Of a DNA stretch of 64,000 nucleotides, positions 22,801 through 32,412 are shown piece by piece; the first letter of the stretch is position 1; the number at the start of each line of letters is the position of its first letter. Under the pieces are notes generated by a model. That model was not told where the DNA came from. It worked only from the letters and a program-made list of their open reading frames with translations, and made no database searches. The translations under genes were made by a program, and so were the position numbers. The DNA comes from Vicinamibacterales bacterium (GTDB lineage Bacteria; Acidobacteriota; Vicinamibacteria; Vicinamibacterales; CAVVIG01). The stretch covers positions 5,704 through 69,703 of the forward strand of contig DASXGC010000038.1 in assembly GCA_036489235.1 (NCBI GenBank), read 5' to 3'.

Positions 22801-23032
22801 GGTCGTCAACGGCTTCCGCCTGATGGACGGCCGCGCGTCATACGGGCTCGGCCTCGAGACCTTCGCGCTCGGCTTCCCGATTCATTTCGACTGGGCGTGG
22901 CGGACGACCTTCAACAAGACCTGGGAAGACCTCACCTTTGCCGGACAGAACGGCTGCAGCATCACTGGCGCCGGCTGCAGCGACGCGTATCGCAAGGCCC
23001 GCTTCGCAGTGTGGATCGGCTACGACTTCTAG
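19898..23032 (+). CDS. outer-membrane protein: peptidase-MA (gluzincin) domain + PD40/TolB-like beta-propeller + Omp85/Bac_surface_Ag beta-barrel
   Basis: Signal peptide ...ATAHASVASAQ. HEMTH at nt 20336-20350, followed by WVNEGLSDY (the third-ligand Glu). PD40-like repeats: SPSGDLIAAV, WSPKGDRLAYF, FSPDGKTVVFAG, PTYSLDGTFIIYNA. Omp85-type C-terminal region GGNSEMRGYDY...NAELRFPI...FFADIGGGW, ending in WIGYDF. Confidence 0.85.
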   Translation: MRRRVPLTSVFVVLIVALATAHASVASAQTSMVPYYGKNNIHYDTFKWQVYTTDHCEIYYYPAMQQHLERVAGYLESAYQQISADLKHDLSFKIPVILFKTHSEFEQENVAPGAADEGVGAFAEPEMHRMVLPIDDPPDQLYGLIVHEMTHQFEFDIIPTGLIRRSTPLWVNEGLSDYERGQWSPIDLMSVRDAAVADIVPKMSELEGYAGNNPRLIYNLGHAVFEFIEAKFGKEGIRQFMFALRKSVIGGGEDAYEEALKMKKDEFDQNFERYLKERFKPFRDKERPADYGRDLAPNPEKTAFIEALSIAPSPSGDLIAAVTVNRSDREYDIILLSSKDGSVVRNLTRGFDKDMGFDHIVQLGERFEMPWMSWSPKGDRLAYFVRTEKERTLIIQNVLTAKIEVRVPMKTVDEPESPAFSPDGKTVVFAGLRGAVGDIFTVDLANSNITNLTSDAFADSGPTYSLDGTFIIYNARISGNQKLFRLDLDTKKKTQITFGTQDETAAQFISNDLIVFSSTATDPAVPLEPEVAKNGNIYNIWTLDLKTNELRQYTDALGGNWSAVVLNEGSTNRIAFISYYKGDFGIHTLERKEPLHTAVSSDFGAPGPVIDFQAPLQHTLVQDNMHPKGAFEKMFLQGRPPVNVGVTSNGDIFGATQISFGDVLGDKQVNFFASSISQYRTLALSYLNIGQRFQYVLQGFSQTQFYYGTGTQFYASVYSDLVPRDQAVATRSIVGGSATGIYPLSRYRRLEVSASLYHISESYSDPTLQAASEQYQQQLYGTQVFQNGTLLPLSAAFVSETTVFREFGPLAGNTMRGAYEIAPPFGGLLSRQTVDLDARHYTRIGGTGLLALRLRGFKSWGDEPNYIYFGGNSEMRGYDYLQFTGQNVVFANAELRFPIIEAALTPIGVVGGVRGVFFADIGGGWFNNQVSPDSCSNGGGYKFFTNATLTCRSQGAAADGTPIFGTPQVVNGFRLMDGRASYGLGLETFALGFPIHFDWAWRTTFNKTWEDLTFAGQNGCSITGAGCSDAYRKARFAVWIGYDF

Positions 23033-23036
23033 AACG

Positions 23037-23519
23037 CTGATCCCCAAGCGGGCGGACGAATCGGCGACCGAAACGGTTCACGTCGTCCTGCCGAACGACG
23101 CGAACCCGCTGGGGTTCATCCTCGGCGGGACGGTCATGCACCTCATCGACATGGCCGGGGCGATCGCCTGTCATCGTCACACCCGCAGCCTGCTGGTCAC
23201 GGCGGCGGTGGACGACCTCCAGTTCCTCAACTCGATCAAAATCGGCGATCTGATCATCCTGCGCGCGCGGGTCACGTGCGTGTTCACGACCTCGCTCGAA
23301 GTGCAGGTGGACGTGTTCTCGGAGGAGATCCTGACGGGAGTACGGCAGCAAACCAGCCGCGCCTTCCTGACCTTCGTGTCAGTGAATGGTGAAGGCGGCC
23401 GGCTGCCGGTTCCGCCGCTCATCGTCGAAACCGACCAAGAGCGGCGCGTGTGCGAGCAGGCCCACGCACGGCGGGCCGAACGGCTGAAGCGGAAGGCCGG
23501 CGCTACGAACTCGCTTTGA
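23037..23519 (+). CDS. acyl-CoA thioesterase (hotdog fold, YciA/BFIT-like); start codon uncertain
   Basis: VHVVLPNDANPLGFILGGTVMHLIDMAG... aligns with the YciA N-terminus. Upstream of it, the only in-frame candidate starts are CTG at 23037 and TTG at 22938; the TTG would overlap the previous gene by 95 nt. Confidence 0.7.
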   Translation: MIPKRADESATETVHVVLPNDANPLGFILGGTVMHLIDMAGAIACHRHTRSLLVTAAVDDLQFLNSIKIGDLIILRARVTCVFTTSLEVQVDVFSEEILTGVRQQTSRAFLTFVSVNGEGGRLPVPPLIVETDQERRVCEQAHARRAERLKRKAGATNSL

Positions 23520-25014
23520 GCCGCAGGACGCTGCGGTCCATGTCGATCGCGACGCGGTATTTGCTCAGGAACTTGTGTCCGACGATGCCACCGAGCTGAA
23601 ACCCGAGCAGCGCGCTCGGCGCGTTCAGATTGAGCACGACCACCGGGAAATTGCGATACGGAATGGCGTCGAACATCAGGTCGACGCCCGGCATCAGGAA
23701 CGCGTCGGGATCCCAGCCTGACGTGCCGTACACTTTCAGGGCAATCCGGCGCCCGTTGTCGTGCTTGGTCAGCGTGCTGGCGGTCGCCGAGCTGATCGAG
23801 ATCACCTCGCCTCCCGTATCCACGACAAAATTCGCGTGACGGCCGTCGACGGTGCCAAGCACCGTCGCGAGGCGGTTGACGCGCATCGGCAGCTCGAAGT
23901 CGCGAGGCTCGTCGGGCAGGTGCTTGCCGAAGATCAGCTTGTGCGTCTTGTAGTCGATGATCATCGAGTAGCCGAGCGCCAGCGGCGACAGCCCCTCGGT
24001 CTCCTTGACCGGAATATCCTGCAGCGGCGGATTCTTGATCAGGCACGGCACGTTGCGAAGCTTCAGCGGTCCCAGCTCCAGGGAATCGATCCGCGCCAGC
24101 TGCAGGCCGCGCAGACCGACACGTCCGACGCCGGCACTGAGGGTGTAGGTGACCGGCGTGATACCGAGCTTCTGAGCGGTGGTGCGGGTGATGACGGTGT
24201 TCTCCGACCCGGTGTCCACGACGAAATCCTGCGCTGAGGCGTCGTTGACCTTGGCGCGAACGACGACTTTGTCGTTCACCAGACGGAAATCGACCGTGTA
24301 GAGTCCTTCGTCTGCTCCCGGATCCGTTTCGAAGGGGATCCGCTGCCCGAATGACCGCAGAAAGCGGATTTCCGCGCGAGACCAGTCGGCTTTTTCGCTG
24401 TGATCCTTGTTGGGCAGCAGGTTCACGTAGTTCGAATAGGCGGCCGCGGCTTCCTCGTACTTGTGCATCCGCTCGTAAATGGTGCCGACGGTGTGATGAA
24501 TCTCGAGATCCCGAGGCGACAACTGGAGCGCCGCCTGCGCCTCGATCATCGCCCGATCGAGTTGACCACTCGCGGCCAGCGATTTGGCGTGACCGTGACG
24601 GCCGCGCGCCGAATCTGGCTGCGCTGCCAGCACGTCGCGGTAGACCGCGTCAGCCTCGTCGAACAGCCCGGACGACCACAGCGCGTCGCCGTACAGCGTC
24701 ATCGACAGGGTCTGCTTGGGATCCGCCTTGTACAATTTCTCCGCTTCGATCCTCGCCAGATCGAACTCCGCCACGCGCAGCGCCGAGGCGATGACCCCAA
24801 TCCGTGGGCGCCGGACCGAGCCGGAGTCCGCCGTTTTCAGCGCCAACTGATAGGCGTCGAGGGAATCGCCGAATTTGCCCTCGGAGAAGAGCAGGTCGCC
24901 GAGCTGCAGCTCGATCTCGGACGTCTGGGACGGCGGGGTGGCGTCCGCACGAATAACGAGCGAAGCCGCCGCGACGATGGCCGAAACGGCGGCGACACGA
25001 ATGGCGCTGTGCAT
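23503..25014 (-). CDS. secreted TPR-repeat protein with two retropepsin-like aspartyl-protease domains
   Basis: Signal peptide, then TPR-like helices. Two DTG motifs: FVVDTGSENTVI and FVVDTGGEVISI. Confidence 0.8.
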   Translation of the reverse strand: MHSAIRVAAVSAIVAAASLVIRADATPPSQTSEIELQLGDLLFSEGKFGDSLDAYQLALKTADSGSVRRPRIGVIASALRVAEFDLARIEAEKLYKADPKQTLSMTLYGDALWSSGLFDEADAVYRDVLAAQPDSARGRHGHAKSLAASGQLDRAMIEAQAALQLSPRDLEIHHTVGTIYERMHKYEEAAAAYSNYVNLLPNKDHSEKADWSRAEIRFLRSFGQRIPFETDPGADEGLYTVDFRLVNDKVVVRAKVNDASAQDFVVDTGSENTVITRTTAQKLGITPVTYTLSAGVGRVGLRGLQLARIDSLELGPLKLRNVPCLIKNPPLQDIPVKETEGLSPLALGYSMIIDYKTHKLIFGKHLPDEPRDFELPMRVNRLATVLGTVDGRHANFVVDTGGEVISISSATASTLTKHDNGRRIALKVYGTSGWDPDAFLMPGVDLMFDAIPYRNFPVVVLNLNAPSALLGFQLGGIVGHKFLSKYRVAIDMDRSVLRLKASS

Positions 25015-25144
25015 TGACCCTCCACGAACCGATCTGGGGTAACTCGGGACCGGGCGACCCTTATTACAAGAATCGATCCGGGGAGTTTCCTTATACCGGA
25101 GGACTATGCGCCTATTGGGTGGCTTTCGAGAAGCGAAAAATCTT

Positions 25145-25615
25145 TCAGTGGGTGTACTGCTCGATCGGCACGCCGTCGTACATCTGGTCCACCCGGAGGA
25201 TCTGGGTGTCGCGGCTATAGGTGCCCAGCTCGTAGTCCTCGCTCATGATGAGGGCCTTGATCGGCTTGGTCGGGCAGACCTCGGCGCACAGTCCGCAGAA
25301 GCTGCAGCGCGAGAGGTTGAAGTCAAAGTAATCGAGGACCTTAATCTTCTGGCCCGGCTCCCGATGACCGCCGAGGGCGATCAGGTCGTCAGGGCACGCC
25401 TTGGCGCACTGGTCGCAGACGATGCAGGTCTGGGCTCCGGTGCCGGGCTCGGTCTGGAGGCGGAGCACGCCCCGGAAACGCGGCGCGGTCGGGCGCCGTT
25501 CGGCCGGGTACTGGAACGTGAACGCCGGCTGCGGCGTGTATTTCAGGGTCAACCACATACCTTTGGCGAGGTCGACCAGGAAGATCATCCGGAGGAATTT
25601 GATGATGGTTTTCAT
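25145..25615 (-). CDS. nuoI: NADH-quinone oxidoreductase subunit I (2x[4Fe-4S])
   Basis: TFQYPAERRPTAPRFRG, CIVCDQCAKACP, CSFCGLCAEVCP. Confidence 0.9.
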   Translation of the reverse strand: MKTIIKFLRMIFLVDLAKGMWLTLKYTPQPAFTFQYPAERRPTAPRFRGVLRLQTEPGTGAQTCIVCDQCAKACPDDLIALGGHREPGQKIKVLDYFDFNLSRCSFCGLCAEVCPTKPIKALIMSEDYELGTYSRDTQILRVDQMYDGVPIEQYTH

Positions 25616-25616
25616 G

Positions 25617-26174
25617 CTATGCGCGCTCGCCGTGGACGTCGTACCGTTCGCTGTTCAGCGTCGGTTCGCTGTCGCCGGCCATGATCGTGCGCTCCTTCCG
25701 GAGCACGGTGCCTTCCTTGCGGATCTTGTCCTGCAGGCGCATCAGGCCGTAAAGCAGCGCCTCGGGACGCGGCGGGCAGCCCGACACGTAGACGTCCACC
25801 GGCACGACTTTATCGACGCCCTGCAGCACGCTGTAGGTTGGAAACGGTCCGCCGGCGTTCGAGCAACTGCCCATCGAAATGACCCACTTGGGTTCGGGCA
25901 TCTGATCGTAGAGCCGGCGCAGCACGGGGGCCATCTTCTTGGTCACGGTGCCGGCCACGATCATCAGGTCGGATTGCCGCGGGGACGCCCGGAACACCTC
26001 GGCGCCGAACCGCGCGATATCGAAGCGCGACGCCGACGCGGCCATCATTTCGATCGCGCAGCACGCCAGGCCGAAACCCATCGGCCAGATCGACGATTCT
26101 CGGGCCCAGTTCAGGACGCGATCGATGCTGGTGGTGATGAAATTGTCTTCGAAGGTGTGATCAATGAGGCCCAT
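25617..26174 (-). CDS. nuoB: NADH-quinone oxidoreductase subunit B (N2 cluster subunit)
   Basis: [41 protein letters not shown]. Carries a ~35-aa C-terminal extension. Confidence 0.9.
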   Translation of the reverse strand: MGLIDHTFEDNFITTSIDRVLNWARESSIWPMGFGLACCAIEMMAASASRFDIARFGAEVFRASPRQSDLMIVAGTVTKKMAPVLRRLYDQMPEPKWVISMGSCSNAGGPFPTYSVLQGVDKVVPVDVYVSGCPPRPEALLYGLMRLQDKIRKEGTVLRKERTIMAGDSEPTLNSERYDVHGERA

Positions 26175-26177
26175 CGG

Positions 26178-26438
26178 CTACCTCGGATAGTATTGCGCGT
26201 TTTTCGAGATGAAGTCGGACCATTTCCGCGGAGTCTCGTCGAGCGAAAAAATCGCCTCGACCGGACACGCCGGCACGCACGCTCCGCAGTCGATGCACTC
26301 GTCTGGATGAATATAGAGCATTTCGGCCGTGGCGAAGCTGGCTTCGTCCTTCCGCGGGTGGATACAGTCCACGGGACAGACGTCCACGCAGGCAGTATCC
26401 TTAACGCCGACACACGGCTCGCAGATGATATACGCCAT
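26178..26438 (-). CDS. 7Fe-type ferredoxin (FdxA-like)
   Basis: ORF track 26178..26642 is over-extended by 68 codons. From ATG 26438: MAYIICEPCVGVKDTACVDVCPVDCIH...HPDECIDCGACVPACPVEAIF. Confidence 0.85.
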   Translation of the reverse strand: MAYIICEPCVGVKDTACVDVCPVDCIHPRKDEASFATAEMLYIHPDECIDCGACVPACPVEAIFSLDETPRKWSDFISKNAQYYPR

Positions 26439-26454
26439 CGCACTGATCATACTA

Positions 26455-26835
26455 GTGTCCTGCAATCCCGCGCTCACGGCGCTCTTTACGCCGGCGCAGC
26501 GCGGGCCAGGACGGTACGAGGTCTGCACCACGACCGAGACGCTCGAGCATGTGGTCGCGTCCGGACCTGCCGACGACATCCATTTCGGGGACATCGAGGC
26601 GCTCGAGTCGCTGGACGCGTTCGGCAAGGCCGGGCCATACAATCGCTCGCGCCTGGCGCGGCTCTACGGCGGCACCCGCGTGATGGTCGTTCATGGCTGG
26701 GGTGCCAGCGCGGCGGGATTTAGGTCGGTGACGCTGCTGTCCCCGTACCCCGATCCCTCCCTGACGAGGCTACTCCCCGGCACGATGTCCATCCGCTGGC
26801 TGACCAGTCCGACCGAGGACACCGGCGGACTATGA
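26455..26835 (+). CDS. hypothetical protein
   Basis: Codon-by-codon inspection shows strong GC3 bias in this frame. GTG at 26455 is the first start that does not overlap the divergent ferredoxin gene. I recognised no family. Confidence 0.55.
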   Translation: MSCNPALTALFTPAQRGPGRYEVCTTTETLEHVVASGPADDIHFGDIEALESLDAFGKAGPYNRSRLARLYGGTRVMVVHGWGASAAGFRSVTLLSPYPDPSLTRLLPGTMSIRWLTSPTEDTGGL

Positions 26836-26848
26836 TGCGACGAAAGGC

Positions 26849-28069
26849 ATGACCGTCCGCAGAACGACCGCGCGGCTGGCGTGGATATTCGTCCTCTGCG
26901 CCGCGGCTGGTGCGGGGGCCCAGAGCCTTCCATCCGAGCCGATTGCATTGGCCGATGGCCGCGTGACAATCGGCGGCGACGTCTCGGTGTCGATTCCCTC
27001 GTCGGATCCAGGGTTCTTCAACTACACCGACTACGAACACTCGGCGCTGAAACTGTTCCGTCTCGATCTGTCTGCCGCGGCCAAGGCAGGACCGCACTTC
27101 ACCTTCCTCGGCGAGCTGCGGACGGAAAATCTGGATAGCGTCCTACCGTACGCGTTGTACGTGCGAATCAAACCGTGGACGAAGAGGGACGTGGACATCG
27201 AAGTCGGGCGCATTCCGCCGACCTTCGGCGCTTTTGCCAGGCGGACCTACGCGAACGACAACCCGCTCATCGGCTACCCGCTCGGCTATCAGTACCTGAC
27301 GACCATCCGGCCGGACTCGCTGCCGGCCAGTGTCGACGAGCTGCTCGCCAAGCGCGGGCGCGGCTGGCAGGTCAGATACACCGTCGGCGATACCTCCCCG
27401 GACCACGGCGTGCCTCTGGTCACCGCGTTCAAGTGGGACACGGGCGTGCAAGTGCACGGCACGATCGGGATCCTGAGCGCCTCGGTTGCGGTCACGGCCG
27501 GTACGCTGTCGAATCCGCTGTTCATCGACGACAACTCCGGCCGTCAATTCGCGGGGCGCATCGAACTGCGTCCTGTCGCGGGGCTGATCATCGGAACGTC
27601 GGCCGCGCGCGGTCCATTCGTGAGCGACGCCGCCGCTCGGATCGCCGTCGGCACCGACAACGACGGCCAGTTCACCCAGACGGCCTGGGGAGCCGATGCC
27701 GAGTTCTCGCGCGGCTACTATCTGCTGCGTTTCGAGACGATCGTCAACGAGTGGCGCTTACCGGTCGTCGGCAGCCCGGCACTCGATCTTCCACTCGGCA
27801 GCGCGTCGACATCGATCGAGGGCCGCTACAAAATCATGCCCGGATTTTACGTCGCAGGGCGCATCGACCATCTCGGGTTCAGCGAGGTCACCGGGACGCT
27901 CGAGACCGAGCCGTGGGACGCTCCGGTCAGCCGGTTGGAGGCCGGCATCGGCTATTCACTGCAGCGAAATCTGCTGGTGAAGGTCGACTATCAGCATGAC
28001 CACCGCGACGGTGGTCCGCTGGCGACGACCGCCAATCTGGTGGCCGCGCAGCTCTCGTTCTGGTTCTAG
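26849..28069 (+). CDS. outer-membrane beta-barrel protein (porin-like), family not recognised
   Basis: Signal peptide ...AAAGAGAQS, alternating beta-strand pattern, and the C-terminal aromatic signature QLSFWF. Confidence 0.7.
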   Translation: MTVRRTTARLAWIFVLCAAAGAGAQSLPSEPIALADGRVTIGGDVSVSIPSSDPGFFNYTDYEHSALKLFRLDLSAAAKAGPHFTFLGELRTENLDSVLPYALYVRIKPWTKRDVDIEVGRIPPTFGAFARRTYANDNPLIGYPLGYQYLTTIRPDSLPASVDELLAKRGRGWQVRYTVGDTSPDHGVPLVTAFKWDTGVQVHGTIGILSASVAVTAGTLSNPLFIDDNSGRQFAGRIELRPVAGLIIGTSAARGPFVSDAAARIAVGTDNDGQFTQTAWGADAEFSRGYYLLRFETIVNEWRLPVVGSPALDLPLGSASTSIEGRYKIMPGFYVAGRIDHLGFSEVTGTLETEPWDAPVSRLEAGIGYSLQRNLLVKVDYQHDHRDGGPLATTANLVAAQLSFWF

Positions 28070-28071
28070 TC

Positions 28072-28758
28072 ATGACCGCAAACCGGACCCGACACACCGC
28101 ACTGACCTGCTCGGTTCTGCTGTCGCTGGTCGCGATTGCGATGCGCAGCGACACCGCCGCGGCGCGCGGCGGCACGATTCGCGGCCGGGTCGAGGTGCGC
28201 CGGCCGGCGACGCCGACCGAGCGCCGCCCTTCGGTATCCGACCTGGGCACACCCATCGACCGCGACGTGCCGGATCTGTTCCGCTCGGTGGTGTATCTCG
28301 AATCCGCTCCTCGCGGCGCCTTCGAAACCGACGAGGCCCGGCATGTGGTGATGGACCAGCGCAACGAGACGTTCGTGCCGCACGTCCTCGCGATCACCAC
28401 CGGAACGGTCGTGGACTTCCCCAACTCTGACGCCTTCTACCACAACGTCTTCTCGCTCTCGAAGACGATGCGCTTCGATCTCGGCCGCTACGCCGCGGGC
28501 CACTCGAAGTCGATCCAGTTCGATCGGCCCGGCATCGTGCGGGTCTTCTGTGACATCCACTCGCACATGAATGCCTTCATCCTGGTCTTCGGGCATCCGT
28601 TCTTCGCGCTCACCGACACCGAAGGCCGTTATCACATCGACAACGTGCCGCCCGGCAATTACGGGGTGATTGCCTGGAACGAGGGCGTCTCGTCGGACGC
28701 GCGGCCGACCGCGGTGCCCGACGGCGGCGTCGCGGAACTGGACTTTGCAGTGCGATGA
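28072..28758 (+). CDS. secreted cupredoxin-like protein (type-1 Cu ligand pattern) with C-terminal CarboxypepD_reg-like domain
   Basis: FPNSDAFYHNVFS ... VFCDIHSHM (H ... C-x2-H-x2-M, spaced as in amicyanin), then TDTEGRYHIDNVPPGNYGVIAW. Starts 3 nt after the OMP stop. Confidence 0.75.
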   Translation: MTANRTRHTALTCSVLLSLVAIAMRSDTAAARGGTIRGRVEVRRPATPTERRPSVSDLGTPIDRDVPDLFRSVVYLESAPRGAFETDEARHVVMDQRNETFVPHVLAITTGTVVDFPNSDAFYHNVFSLSKTMRFDLGRYAAGHSKSIQFDRPGIVRVFCDIHSHMNAFILVFGHPFFALTDTEGRYHIDNVPPGNYGVIAWNEGVSSDARPTAVPDGGVAELDFAVR

Positions 28759-30533
28759 AACTGCTGTCATCGCTGCGGAGCCGGATTTTTCTCGCCAGCG
28801 CGCTGCTCGCGGTGCTGTGCATCAGCGTCGCGATTTACCTCGTCAACCGGACGGTCACGGCGGAAGCCGAGCGCACCCTGGAGCGCGAGATCGTCGCCAC
28901 CGGCGCGCAGATCGACCAACTGCGCGCCGAACGCACCCAGACCTTCACGCTGATGGCGCGGCTCATCGCGGATCTGCCGAAACTGAAGGCGGCGGTCGAA
29001 ACCAACGACCCGCCGACGGTGCAGGACATCGCCGGCGGCTACCGGTCTCAGCTGAACGCGAGCCTGGTGCTGGTGACCAATCGCGCCGGTACGCTGCTCT
29101 ACAGCGCCGGCGGCTCGCCCCGCGCGGCAGTCATCGCCGCCAACCAGCCGTCGGTGCGCGCCGCTCTCGGTGGTCAGGACAGCATCAGCCTGCTGCCGCA
29201 ACCGAACGGCATCCTGCAGGTCGTCACTGTCCCGATCGCGATCGGCCTGGCGCAGCCGGAGATGCTCGGCACGCTCAGCGTCGGGTTCCTGCTCGATAAC
29301 GCACTGGCCGATCAGCTCAAGAACATTACCGGCAGCGATCTCGCCTTCGGCGTCGATGGGCAGATTCTGGCATCAACCTTACCGCGCGCCATGAACGGCG
29401 CGCTCGCCGAACGGCTGCGCGGCTCGGGTATCTCGCGCATCTACTACGGAGCCGAGGAGTACGAAGCGTTGTCGCGGCCGCTGTCGGCTCCCGGCGATCG
29501 GGTGCCGCTGGCTGAGCACCCGGTGGTGCTCATCCTGCGCTCGCGCACCGGTCAACTGCAATCCCTCTCGGCGATTCACGCCGGGCTGGCACTGACGGCG
29601 GTGCTGGCCGTCGCGCTCGCCACCCTGCTCAGCCTCGCCGTCGCACGCACCATCGCGCGTCCACTGGCGGCGATCACCGACGTGATGCGCGAGGTCGCGG
29701 ACACCGGCGATCTGACACGCAAGATCGCCTTGCGCCACGGCAACCGCTGGGACGACGACGATGCGCGCCTGCTGGCGACCACCTTCAACACCTTGACGGA
29801 TTCGATCGTACGCTTCCAGCGTGAGTTCTCACAGAAAGAGCGGCTGACGTCGCTGGGACGGCTGTCCACCGTCATCGCGCACGAGATTCGCAACCCGCTG
29901 ATGATCATCAAGGCGTCGCTGCACACACTCCGGCATGCTGAGGCGGGCGGCCAGGCGGTGCGCGAAGCCGCGGCAGACATCGACGGAGAAGTGACCCGGC
30001 TGAACCGGATCGTCAACGAGGTCCTGGATTTCGCGCGGCCGATTCAGTACGAGCTCGGCGAAACCGACGTCAACGCCCTCTGCCGCGAGTCGGCGGCGGC
30101 GGCGCTTGCCTCGGGGCCGGGCGCGTCGATTGGCCTCGAGCTCGACACCACACTGCCACCGATCCGCACTGACGGCGAGCGCATACGCATCGTGCTGGTC
30201 AACATCCTCGTCAACGCACGCCACGCCGTGAACGGCCACGACGAAGCGGTCACGCTCTCGAGCCGCTCGCAGGGCGATCGTCTGCTGCTGGTGGTGGCCG
30301 ACCGGGGAGTCGGGATCACCGCCAAGGATCTGGCTCACATCTTCGACCCCTACTTCACTACCAAACGCGGCGGCACCGGGCTCGGCCTCCCGATCGCGAA
30401 GAACATCATCGAGGGCCTGGGCGGCACCATGACGGTATCGAGCGTGCTGGGCCACGGCACCGAAATCCACATCGATCTGCCGCTCGACTCCGCTCTCGCC
30501 GGCGCCGCCGCGCCGATCAGACAAGGACCCTGA
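28755..30533 (+). CDS. sensor histidine kinase (periplasmic sensor domain, HAMP, HisKA, HATPase_c)
   Basis: Two TM segments flank a ~250-aa periplasmic domain. H-box STVIAHEIRNPL, N-box LVNILVNARHA, G-boxes DRGVGI and GGTGLGLPI. ATGA overlap with the cupredoxin gene. Confidence 0.88.
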   Translation: MKLLSSLRSRIFLASALLAVLCISVAIYLVNRTVTAEAERTLEREIVATGAQIDQLRAERTQTFTLMARLIADLPKLKAAVETNDPPTVQDIAGGYRSQLNASLVLVTNRAGTLLYSAGGSPRAAVIAANQPSVRAALGGQDSISLLPQPNGILQVVTVPIAIGLAQPEMLGTLSVGFLLDNALADQLKNITGSDLAFGVDGQILASTLPRAMNGALAERLRGSGISRIYYGAEEYEALSRPLSAPGDRVPLAEHPVVLILRSRTGQLQSLSAIHAGLALTAVLAVALATLLSLAVARTIARPLAAITDVMREVADTGDLTRKIALRHGNRWDDDDARLLATTFNTLTDSIVRFQREFSQKERLTSLGRLSTVIAHEIRNPLMIIKASLHTLRHAEAGGQAVREAAADIDGEVTRLNRIVNEVLDFARPIQYELGETDVNALCRESAAAALASGPGASIGLELDTTLPPIRTDGERIRIVLVNILVNARHAVNGHDEAVTLSSRSQGDRLLLVVADRGVGITAKDLAHIFDPYFTTKRGGTGLGLPIAKNIIEGLGGTMTVSSVLGHGTEIHIDLPLDSALAGAAAPIRQGP

Positions 30534-30537
30534 CTCC

Positions 30538-31905
<1,368 letters not shown>

Positions 31906-31977
31906 CCAGGGCCGGATGTTACCGATCGTGGCCGCCGCGGTCTAACCTCGGGGACTACTCTTCCAGGAGAATCACGC

Positions 31978-32394
31978 ATGCGTCAGTTGAGGATGTGGGC
32001 CGGCGGGGCAGTCATCGCAAGTGCCATTGCACTGTTGACATCGTGCGGCGGCGACTCGACGTCCACTGGGAACGGCACCGCGCCGTCAACCGGATGCACC
32101 CCGAGCAGCAGCGCCGCGACGTTCGTGATCATGAACAACACGATCTGCCCCACGACGCTGACGGTTACGCGCGGGACCCAGATCACGATTTCGAATCAGG
32201 ACTCCGTCGTTCACGAGATGGACTCCGATCCGCACCCGGAACACACTGATTGCCCGGAGATCAACGCCATCGACTTCCTCAACCCCGGCCAGAGCCGTCA
32301 GTCCAGCAACCTCAACATCGCCAGAACCTGCGGGTTCCACGACCACCAGAATCCGGACAACGCCGCACTCAAAGGCAAGGTCGTTATCCAATAG
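31978..32394 (+). CDS. small lipoprotein, cupredoxin-like
   Basis: Lipobox ALLTSCGG and SD GGAGAA. LTVTRGTQITISNQDSVVHEMDSD ... TCGFHDHQNPDNAALKGKVVIQ resembles a plastocyanin-type beta-sandwich with an H ... C-x2-H pattern. Confidence 0.65.
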   Translation: MRQLRMWAGGAVIASAIALLTSCGGDSTSTGNGTAPSTGCTPSSSAATFVIMNNTICPTTLTVTRGTQITISNQDSVVHEMDSDPHPEHTDCPEINAIDFLNPGQSRQSSNLNIARTCGFHDHQNPDNAALKGKVVIQ

Positions 32395-32412
32395 GCGTCA
32401 GAAACTGACGCC
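32394..32412. terminator. 8-bp perfect hairpin (ggcgtcag-aaa-ctgacgcc) spanning both convergent stop codons
   Basis: Read directly from the sequence. No clear U-tract on either strand, so terminator function is uncertain. Confidence 0.3.
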
